NCBI GenBank assembly: GCA_964247135.1
Contig: CAXTTL010000044.1
Span: 1 to 25,562 of the forward strand
Direction of reading: 5' to 3'
DNA length: 25,562 nucleotides
Source: an uncultured Deinococcales bacterium
GTDB taxonomy: Bacteria; Deinococcota; Deinococci; Deinococcales; JAAFIG01
How positions within the stretch are numbered: position 1 is the stretch's first letter; each line of letters begins with the position of its first letter. The notes under the pieces were generated by a model that searched no databases, was not told where the DNA came from, and saw only the letters and a list, made by a program, of their open reading frames with translations. Positions 18,714 to 25,562 of the stretch are shown in pieces. A program made the position numbers and the translations under genes.

Positions 18714-19166
18714 ATGAAAACACATTTAAAGGAAATAATTTCACGGGTCACGCCTTATCTTGAGGCTTTGACAAATGAAGCTGTTTCTTTCAAGTCAGAC
18801 CCGAATGTGTGGTCAGGCAAAGAAATCCTTGGTCATTTGATTGATTCTGCCATGCACAACCACGAACGTTTTGTTGGCTTGGGAACAGGTGAAAAGCTCG
18901 AGTTTCCTGGCGATAATCAAGATTCATGGGTGAGTTTTCAACATTGGCAGGAACGCGATTGGCTCGAGATTGTGGGTTTATGGAAATCCTACAACCTTCA
19001 TCTCGCTTGGCTGATTGAACACCTGCCAGATGATGTACTCGAGCGGAAAGCCATTGTTTTTCTCAGTCGAAAGACCATAACTTTAGGTTGGTTGATCAAA
19101 CATTATCTCGAGCACCTCGAGCATCACTTAAAACAAATTGATGAGCGCGTCAGAGGAATATCATGA
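18714..19166 (+). CDS. DinB/YfiT family protein
   Basis: WSGKEILGHLIDSA..QDSWV..HYLEHLEHHLKQI. Confidence 0.9.
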   Translation: MKTHLKEIISRVTPYLEALTNEAVSFKSDPNVWSGKEILGHLIDSAMHNHERFVGLGTGEKLEFPGDNQDSWVSFQHWQERDWLEIVGLWKSYNLHLAWLIEHLPDDVLERKAIVFLSRKTITLGWLIKHYLEHLEHHLKQIDERVRGIS

Positions 19167-19693
19167 TTCCAGAACTTCGCACCGCCACACTCAAGGATGC
19201 AGCCTTGATTGCGCGACTCACACGTGATTGTTGGGTTGGAAAACCCGCAAACTCGAGCGGGCATACCGAATCGGTTGAAGCGGTGGAAAAAAGTTTGCGT
19301 GAAGGCACTGCGATCATCATGTTTCTCGAGGGCAAACCTGTCGGCAGCGTGAGGTATTACCCTGTCATGGGCGAAAGCACGTCGGAAGTCACGTATTACG
19401 GCGCAATCGCTTGGGAAATCGGGCGGCTTGGCATTCTCCCCGCGTACCGTGGGCGAGGGCTTTCAACCTGGCTGATGAACGAAATCATGATTCGCGCCAC
19501 CTCGAGCGGCATCGAAGAATTGCGGCTTGCGGTGCGAACCGACGAACCTGGCTTGCTCGGGTTTTACAAGCGTCAAGGGTTTTTTGAAGACTCGAGCATC
19601 CGTTATTCACACGCGAATCCGAACAGTCCAAAACCCATTTCAATGCGAAAATATTTGTTTCAACACCGTCCAACTCGAGGAGATTTTGCATGA
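19163..19693 (+). CDS. GNAT family N-acetyltransferase
   Basis: EIGRLGILPAYRGRGLS, GFYKRQGF; ATGA overlaps on both sides. Confidence 0.9.
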   Translation: MIPELRTATLKDAALIARLTRDCWVGKPANSSGHTESVEAVEKSLREGTAIIMFLEGKPVGSVRYYPVMGESTSEVTYYGAIAWEIGRLGILPAYRGRGLSTWLMNEIMIRATSSGIEELRLAVRTDEPGLLGFYKRQGFFEDSSIRYSHANPNSPKPISMRKYLFQHRPTRGDFA

Positions 19694-21075
19694 GCAATAA
19701 AAAACCGTGGGGTGGACGTTTTGAAGCCCCGACTGACAAACTCGTTGAAGCGTTTAACGCCAGCGTAGATTTCGATAAACGCCTGGTGCTCGAAGATATT
19801 GCGGGCAGCAAAGCGCACGTCACAATGCTGGGTGCAACTGGGATTCTCGAGGATTCAGAGGTCACGCAGATTCTGGGCGGTTTGGATTCGGTTTTGAAAG
19901 AAGTCGAATCTGATGTGTTCCCGTGGCGCACCGAACTCGAGGATGTTCACATGAACGTCGAAACGCGCTTGAAAGAATTGATTGGGGCTGTGGCTGGAAA
20001 ACTGCACACGGCTCGCAGCCGCAACGATCAGGTGGCGCTCGATTTTCGGCTTTGGGTGAAAAAAGCGTGTCTTCGCATGGCACACAAACTCGAGGTGTTG
20101 CGTGAGGTGATGCTTTCGGAGGCAGAACGAAATTTTGGCACGATCATGCCTGGTTACACACACTTGCAAGTCGCGCAACCGATTTTGCTCTCGCATTGGT
20201 TTATGGCGTATTTCGAGATGTTCAACCGCGACATCTCGAGGTTTTATGACGCGGCAAATCGCATGAATGAAAGCCCGCTCGGGGCTGGCGCACTGGCAGG
20301 AACGCCCTGGCAGATTGATCGTTTTGCCACCGCAAAAGAATTGGGGTTTGCCGCGCCGACCCGCAACAGTTTGGACAGCGTGGGTGCTCGAGATTTCGCG
20401 CTCGAGTTTTTGAGTGCCGCCAGCATTTGCATGGCGACCCTCTCCCGAATTTCTGAGGAATTGATTCTCTACTCGAGCTTCGAGTTTGGTTTTGTGATCC
20501 TGCCCGATTCGCACACCACAGGCTCGAGCATCATGCCGCAAAAGAAAAATCCTGATGTTTCAGAACTTGCCAGGGGCAAAGCGGGACGTGTCTTTGGTGA
20601 TTTGATGGCACTCTTGACCGTGGTGAAGGGTACGCCACTGGCTTACAACAAAGATTTTCAGGAAGACAAAGAACCCGTTTTTGATGCCGCCGACACGCTC
20701 GAGGTTATCTTGCAACTTTATGCAGAGATGCTGCCCAAATGCGCGTGGCAAACCGAGACCACCAAAATGGCTGCCGCTCGAGGGTACAGCACTGCCACCG
20801 ACTTGGCAGATTACTTGGCGCGTCAAGGTCTGCCGTTTCGTGACGCGCACGAAGTTGTTGGTAAACTTGTTGGCTTGTGCGTGAACACCAAACGTCAACT
20901 TTGGGAATTAACCACCGCAGAACTCGAGAATGCCCATCCGAAACTGTCACTGTCCGCACTCGAGGTTGTGACTGTGGAATCCAGCGTCAACGCCCGAACG
21001 AGTTACGGCGGTACAGCCCCAGTCCGTGTCAAAGAAGCCATTGAAGCCGCCCGAAAATCCATTCAAAACCCGTAG
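19690..21075 (+). CDS. argH: Argininosuccinate lyase
   Basis: WGGRF, HTARSRNDQ, MPGYTHLQ, GSSIMPQKKNPD, YNKDFQEDKE. Confidence 0.98.
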   Translation: MSNKKPWGGRFEAPTDKLVEAFNASVDFDKRLVLEDIAGSKAHVTMLGATGILEDSEVTQILGGLDSVLKEVESDVFPWRTELEDVHMNVETRLKELIGAVAGKLHTARSRNDQVALDFRLWVKKACLRMAHKLEVLREVMLSEAERNFGTIMPGYTHLQVAQPILLSHWFMAYFEMFNRDISRFYDAANRMNESPLGAGALAGTPWQIDRFATAKELGFAAPTRNSLDSVGARDFALEFLSAASICMATLSRISEELILYSSFEFGFVILPDSHTTGSSIMPQKKNPDVSELARGKAGRVFGDLMALLTVVKGTPLAYNKDFQEDKEPVFDAADTLEVILQLYAEMLPKCAWQTETTKMAAARGYSTATDLADYLARQGLPFRDAHEVVGKLVGLCVNTKRQLWELTTAELENAHPKLSLSALEVVTVESSVNARTSYGGTAPVRVKEAIEAARKSIQNP

Positions 21076-21133
21076 GGGCGCTGCGACCATGCCCGTTAGG
21101 TGCATTTTATGGTCAAGAAGCTTGCTGCGCCCT
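21072..21133 (+). repeat. GTAG-type REP (host A) carrying 37-bp insertion E3 (21083-21119)
   Basis: 60/62 identical to 11659-11720; its GTAG supplies the argH TAG stop. Confidence 0.92.
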
Positions 21134-21163
21134 GCCTTTTCGTACCCAAAGGAGGAAACCCCA

Positions 21164-21751
21164 ATGCCCAACGCCCCTCTTGATCCTAAAACGCACCTTC
21201 GGGCAGGATCGCTCGAGTCTCAACTTGTCACCCCAATCCCAGAACTCGCCCCTGCCGCGCCGCTCGAGCTTCGTGCGGCAACGCTCGAGGACATCCCGAG
21301 ACTGTATGACCTGATCAAGTATTGGGCGGAGCGTGGTCGGATGCTCGAGCGCAGTCCTGAGCTTCTGGCGAGTACAATTCACGGGTTTTTGTTGCTCGAG
21401 GATCAAAACCGTGAACTGGCGGGTGTGGTGGGTTTGCATCGCATGGCTGAGGATTTGGCGGAGGTTCGCGGTTTGGCGGTTGCGCCGAATTATCAGGGCA
21501 AGGGTTTGGGGCGTTGGTTGGTGCTGGGCGCGGAAAGATTGGCTCGAGATTGGGGTTTGAAGCGCTTGTTCGCTTGGACGTATGAGCAACGCTTTTTTGA
21601 ACGTTGCGGGTACACCAGAATCCCCCGTGAGGAGGCGACCTTGCCGCAAGAAATTTACGGCGAGTGTCAGCGTTGTCCGTTTTTAACCAATTGCAAAGAA
21701 ATTCCGATGTTAAAGTTGATTGACTTGCCCAAGCCTGTCGTCGCGTCCTAG
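21164..21751 (+). CDS. argA: Short GNAT-type N-acetylglutamate synthase
   Basis: WAERGRMLERS, LAEVRGLAV..QGKGLG, LFAWTYE..FF, ECQRCP..CKE; follows argH; AAGGAGG RBS. Confidence 0.8.
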   Translation: MPNAPLDPKTHLRAGSLESQLVTPIPELAPAAPLELRAATLEDIPRLYDLIKYWAERGRMLERSPELLASTIHGFLLLEDQNRELAGVVGLHRMAEDLAEVRGLAVAPNYQGKGLGRWLVLGAERLARDWGLKRLFAWTYEQRFFERCGYTRIPREEATLPQEIYGECQRCPFLTNCKEIPMLKLIDLPKPVVAS

Positions 21752-21820
21752 TTTCTCGAGCATTGTGAACCTTGGATTTACAAAGAGAATTTGGGTTGCA
21801 TTTTCAAAAATAGTTGTGCT

Positions 21821-21848
21821 GTAGGGGCTAGGCGTGCCTAGCCCCTAC
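21821..21848. repeat. Uninterrupted GTAG-type REP palindrome
   Basis: GTAGGGGCTAGGC-gt-GCCTAGCCCCTAC, perfect 13-bp arms. Confidence 0.85.
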
Positions 21849-22026
21849 ATTGGATTGCGTTCAGATTGCAGACGATTTTTGGGTTTCTTTTTTTGATTGC
21901 ATTCGTCTGAAACTGTTCTGCACAATACCGTTTGGTTTTGTGGTGTGATTTTCTGCCATCCATTTCAGGCTCGAGGTGCGATACTAAAACTCGATTTTCA
22001 AACTCTTCTTGAAGGCTCGAGGTTTT

Positions 22027-23694
22027 ATGGTGACGCGCTCGATTGCTGTGCTGACTCTATTGCTTTTAACGGCTTGTGGCTCGAGTCCTACGCCTGAACC
22101 TTTGGTGGACTTGGGCGACCCAACGGCGGTTTCGCAGACAGCTTTAAACTTGTGGCGCAAGCAGCAGGTCAAAGGCTCTTGCAGCGGTTGTCACGGCGCA
22201 GATTTTTATGATCTGGCACGGATTGGGTCTTCGGATTTTACGATTCACCGTCGGGCGACGAACGACGGCGCGACAGAAAACGAAGCCAAAGCCTTGGTGC
22301 AAGCGGTTCATAACACCCGAGAAAAATTTCAGTTACCTGCCGAAAATCCGCTCGAGTTTAGACCGTTTCAGCCTTCTGCTGCGCCACTTCCTGGGAGCAC
22401 CCCTGTTGAACGGGACATTGCGCTCGGGCATCAACTCGAGACGCTGACACCAACTTTGATGGGTGCTCCGGTGGATTCGCTCGAGAAAGCCAAAAGTGCG
22501 TGTTCTGAAATGCTGGCAATCAATTTGCGTTCCATGCCGACGGGGATTGTCTATCCGCGTTGGTCGAGCGATGCGTTTAACGGGTCTGAAATGGCAACCA
22601 TGAACGATTGGGTCTCCGACATTGCACGTGAACCGATTCCCGAAAAACGCCTCGAGTGGCAAGCGTTGCAAAGTGCCTACCTCGAGAATCCGTCGGATCA
22701 GAATTTTTGGCGCATGTACGCGGCGGTGGACAGCATGACACAACCGTTTGCGGTAACGGTGGGTGCAGACGCGATCAATTTTACGAATCAAAAATTTAAG
22801 GCGGCATTGATCGGACAGCATTTGTTACGCCAAGAAAAAGTGGCAAACTCGAGTTTTATGCAGGGAAAATTGGCGTTCTCGTACCTCGAGAAACCCGAGT
22901 GGCAAAGCATCATCAAGACCTCAGAATTTTTGCCTGGCAACAATTTGTGGGAGGTTGGCGACAACGCCCGCACGGTGTTGGGCAATCACAACAACCTGGC
23001 TGGCGTCGATGTCAGCAATGCGCGAAAAGTGCTCGAGGCGAGAGGTTTTCCAAAGTTTGCGGTGGACAGTGTAAACGCTGATCGCTCGAGTTTTGTCCAC
23101 GAGGAAGAAGTGCGGCTGGCGTGGTTTTGGATTGGTTTTACGGTTGATCCCAGTTTTGCGCGGGTTTCTGGCAGCAACAGCACCAAGGTTGGCGAGTACA
23201 TGATCGCGAGTTTACTCAACGTCAACATGCACCTACACGATTCGTTTTTTACCAACATGCGGCTTTGCGCCAAAGGTCTATTGCCCGAGGGGAACTATAA
23301 AAGCACGCCCGCGTTTAAACCCGATTACGGTTATTTTGTGGGTTATGGGCGCGAAATCCTCAAATGGAATTGGAGCAAGGGCGACCCAATCATTCCCGAT
23401 GCTCAAAAACTCGAGCAGCAGAACTTGTGGCACAGGTTTACAGGCAATGGTTTTCGCATGAGTTTATACCTGAACTTGGACACGCTCGAGCATCTGGACG
23501 CGGCTGGGCTTGCCAAAGAACGCGCTTGGGTGCTGGGCGGCGACGGTTTGTACGGCATTAATCCTGCCACGGGCAAATCCGATGACCGTGCGCCGTGGAA
23601 TGCCATGCAAAATCATTTCGCCACTTACGAACCCGAAAACGCCACGGCAGACACGGCATTGATTGCCAAAGTCATGACAAAATTAAGCTTGTAG
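22027..23694 (+). CDS. Lipoprotein with a single CxxCH haem-binding motif and a large uncharacterised domain
   Basis: ATG 22027; LTA-C lipobox; GSCSGCHG. Confidence 0.8.
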   Translation: MVTRSIAVLTLLLLTACGSSPTPEPLVDLGDPTAVSQTALNLWRKQQVKGSCSGCHGADFYDLARIGSSDFTIHRRATNDGATENEAKALVQAVHNTREKFQLPAENPLEFRPFQPSAAPLPGSTPVERDIALGHQLETLTPTLMGAPVDSLEKAKSACSEMLAINLRSMPTGIVYPRWSSDAFNGSEMATMNDWVSDIAREPIPEKRLEWQALQSAYLENPSDQNFWRMYAAVDSMTQPFAVTVGADAINFTNQKFKAALIGQHLLRQEKVANSSFMQGKLAFSYLEKPEWQSIIKTSEFLPGNNLWEVGDNARTVLGNHNNLAGVDVSNARKVLEARGFPKFAVDSVNADRSSFVHEEEVRLAWFWIGFTVDPSFARVSGSNSTKVGEYMIASLLNVNMHLHDSFFTNMRLCAKGLLPEGNYKSTPAFKPDYGYFVGYGREILKWNWSKGDPIIPDAQKLEQQNLWHRFTGNGFRMSLYLNLDTLEHLDAAGLAKERAWVLGGDGLYGINPATGKSDDRAPWNAMQNHFATYEPENATADTALIAKVMTKLSL

Positions 23695-23696
23695 AT

Positions 23697-24047
23697 TTAA
23701 GCTGGCTCGAGTTCGGGCTTTAATGCTGGTTTCCAATGCACCCGCGCCCAGGAGTCAATTGCGCCCACAACGGTCTGAAGCTCGTATCCCGCGCACGTCA
23801 GTTTGTAACTGGTGCGCGGCGGCATGGTGCTGTGCACGGTTTTACTAACAATCCCTTCGCGCTCGAGCATCTCGAGGCGCTCTGAGAGGGTGCTGGGGTT
23901 GCAGTTGCCGACATCCCGTCGGATTTCGTTGAAGCCTTTGCTGCCATCCAAAAGTGTACGGACAATATATAAAACCCATTTCTCTTGCAAAAAAGAGATG
24001 GCTGCTACGGCTGGACAGGGTGTTTCGACCTCGTTCACGGTTTGCAT
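23697..24047 (-). CDS. HxlR/DUF24 winged-helix regulator (start may be GTG at 24038)
   Basis: CP..EKWVLYIVRTL..FNEIRR..TLSERLEMLE..PPRTSYKLT. Confidence 0.92.
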   Translation of the reverse strand: MQTVNEVETPCPAVAAISFLQEKWVLYIVRTLLDGSKGFNEIRRDVGNCNPSTLSERLEMLEREGIVSKTVHSTMPPRTSYKLTCAGYELQTVVGAIDSWARVHWKPALKPELEPA

Positions 24048-24138
24048 TTTAACACAACTTGGTATTTTCGTTTACATTCTAAATTACTATGGAATATATA
24101 CTACTATTGTTCGGGATCACCCAACAGGAGGAATACCT

Positions 24139-24681
24139 ATGAGCCAAACTTGGAACATTGACGCCAGCCACACCAGCCTCGACTTCGCGGTAAAACACAT
24201 GGCAATCTCTACCGTGCGCGGGCATTTCAAGGCACTCTCGGGAACAGTCACCACCAACGATTCTGGTGCCCTCGAGAGCATCGAAGCCACCATCGACGCC
24301 AGCACCATCGACACCAAAGACGCCCAACGCGACGGACACCTCAAGAGCCCAGATTTTTTTGATGTTGCCAGCCACCCCAACATCACCTTCAAAAGCACCA
24401 GTGTTCAAGCCAAAGGCGGCAACGAATACAGTGTCACCGGCGACCTGAGTATGCACGGCATCACCAAACCCGTGACGCTGGCGGTTGAAACTGCCACGCC
24501 AATCAAAGACCCTTGGGGCATGACCCGCACCGCCGCCAGCGGCACCGCCAAAATCTCGCGCAAAGAATGGGATTTGACCTGGAATCAGGTGCTCGAGCTG
24601 GGCGCGTTGTTGGTCGGCGATGAAATCAAAATCACGCTCGAGGTTGAAGCGGTGATCCCGCCAGCCGCACCAGCCGCGTAA
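24139..24681 (+). CDS. YceI family polyisoprenoid-binding protein
   Basis: WNIDASHTSLDFAVKHM..VRGHF, RDGHLKSPDFFD, GDLSMHGITKPV; AGGAGG RBS. Confidence 0.95.
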   Translation: MSQTWNIDASHTSLDFAVKHMAISTVRGHFKALSGTVTTNDSGALESIEATIDASTIDTKDAQRDGHLKSPDFFDVASHPNITFKSTSVQAKGGNEYSVTGDLSMHGITKPVTLAVETATPIKDPWGMTRTAASGTAKISRKEWDLTWNQVLELGALLVGDEIKITLEVEAVIPPAAPAA

Positions 24682-24704
24682 AGTCAGCAACTGCTCGGTC
24701 TACC

Positions 24705-24784
24705 CTCTCTTGACCATAAAACGCACCTGGCGGGCATGGTCGCTCATCCCCAACCCTTCTCCCAACATCAGGAGAAGGGAGTTT
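24705..24784 (-). repeat. REP-like palindrome (host B) carrying 36-bp insertion E4 (24708-24743)
   Basis: Minus strand AAACTCCCTTCTCCTGATGTTGGGAGAAGGGTTGGGGATGA[GCGACCATGCCCGCCAGGTGCGTTTTATGGTCAAGA]GAG. Confidence 0.9.
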
Positions 24785-24836
24785 AGGTTTTTTACACGTG
24801 TGGCTCGAGGTTTTGTCTTTTTTAAGGTTCGAGCTT

Positions 24837-25469
24837 TTACGCCTGGGCTTGAGCACCTGCCAGCACCTTCGACATTGCCTCGTAAAGCAATTGATCCAAA
24901 ACCTCGAGTTCCTCATCAAGCACCATCTCGGCACTCGAAAGCACCCGCTCGAGTTCTTCGACGGCATCGCCGAAGGGCTGCGAATTGACGCGCTCGTGAA
25001 ACACGCTGACCAACGGCGCGAGCGCCCCGCGCACCACCTGGCGGAAACGCTCGAGCGTCTCGCTTTCGTCAAGCTCGAGTTTGGGCGGAATCAAATCGAG
25101 GTTTTGCGCCTGAACCCGCTCGAGGGTGTCCCGCGCAATGTCGGGCAGTTTTGCCAGGTAATGCGAATCTTTGACAATATAATTGGCTGCCCCAGCGTGC
25201 AGCGCTTTGACTGCCAGTTGCGCCTCGGAACGACCCGTCACCAGAATCACGGGCGCACCGAACGGCAAGAGTTTCTCGAGCAAGGTCAAACCGTCGGTGT
25301 CGGGCAGTTGGTAATCGAGCATCACCAAGTCAAACGTGCCAACCCGCGCCGCCTCCAACCCCGCCGCGCCCGTCAGTTCGTGCGCCACTGCAAAACCTGC
25401 CCGCTCGAGAAAACGGCTGGCAACGAACGCTTGATCCGGGTTGTCTTCAATCAGCAAAATTCGTGACAT
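24837..25469 (-). CDS. Response regulator: receiver domain plus unidentified helical C-terminus
   Basis: RILLIEDN, DLVMLDYQLPD, VILVTG, GAANYIVK. Confidence 0.9.
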   Translation of the reverse strand: MSRILLIEDNPDQAFVASRFLERAGFAVAHELTGAAGLEAARVGTFDLVMLDYQLPDTDGLTLLEKLLPFGAPVILVTGRSEAQLAVKALHAGAANYIVKDSHYLAKLPDIARDTLERVQAQNLDLIPPKLELDESETLERFRQVVRGALAPLVSVFHERVNSQPFGDAVEELERVLSSAEMVLDEELEVLDQLLYEAMSKVLAGAQAQA

Positions 25470-25562
25470 GCGCGTCCATTCTCGAGATGGTGTGGCACTT
25501 CTGAAGGATCAGTCTAAGCCAAATTGCTGATTTTCGGAGCAAATATGCAAAAAATGTTGTTT

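Larger units (their letters stand above)
100..25486. repeat. Highly iterated palindrome CTCGAG dispersed through the window
   Basis: Hand count 191 copies (may be off by a few), about one per 135 bp. Confidence 0.95.

Noticed and set aside
21862-21915. Inverted repeat CAGACGA..TCGTCTG as an ncRNA or riboswitch
   Set aside because: Short arms around a long T-rich loop and no recognisable motif; too weak to call
985-23606. Numerous 60-230 aa overlapping or antisense ORFs inside copA, ALDH, lysS, pfkA, argH and others
   Set aside because: They are shadows of well-supported genes and carry no independent motifs
11659-24784. 36-37 bp repeats as CRISPR repeats
   Set aside because: Copies are kilobases apart, on both strands, nested in other palindromes, with no spacers or cas genes
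24798-25466. 222-aa plus-strand ORF
   Set aside because: Antisense shadow of the response regulator, which has clear receiver motifs
100-25486. CTCGAG excess as a cloning or XhoI-ligation artefact
   Set aside because: Sites sit in all frames within intact conserved genes without breaking the proteins

Overview
Chromosomal segment of a Deinococcota (Deinococcus/Thermus-group) bacterium, judged from a Gfh1 homologue, a Thermus-type C-H-H CsoR, a stand-alone rplS and probable leaderless genes. Left to right: copper module (csoR-copZ divergent from copA-DUF305); aldehyde dehydrogenase and a GlcE-like protein; an AT-rich island (Cys-rich lipoprotein plus small membrane protein); rplS fused to an HhH domain; gfh1, lysS, DUF952, rsmI, pfkA and an aminotransferase; an arg cluster (argG, seven intervening genes including vapBC, argH, short argA); a CxxCH lipoprotein; hxlR/yceI; and a response regulator. 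Five signals go beyond the gene list. (1) A family of 36-39 bp structured elements is inserted into two different REP-like palindromes at three independent sites, with empty-site controls inside the window. (2) The palindrome CTCGAG occurs about 190 times by hand count, roughly 30-fold over expectation, like cyanobacterial HIP1. (3) A candidate Arg-Arg leader peptide with alternative pairings lies upstream of argG. (4) Degenerate copies of the argG 3' end bracket an accessory block. (5) The AT-rich island looks like a lipoprotein toxin/immunity pair. All calls are by eye; no database searches were run.
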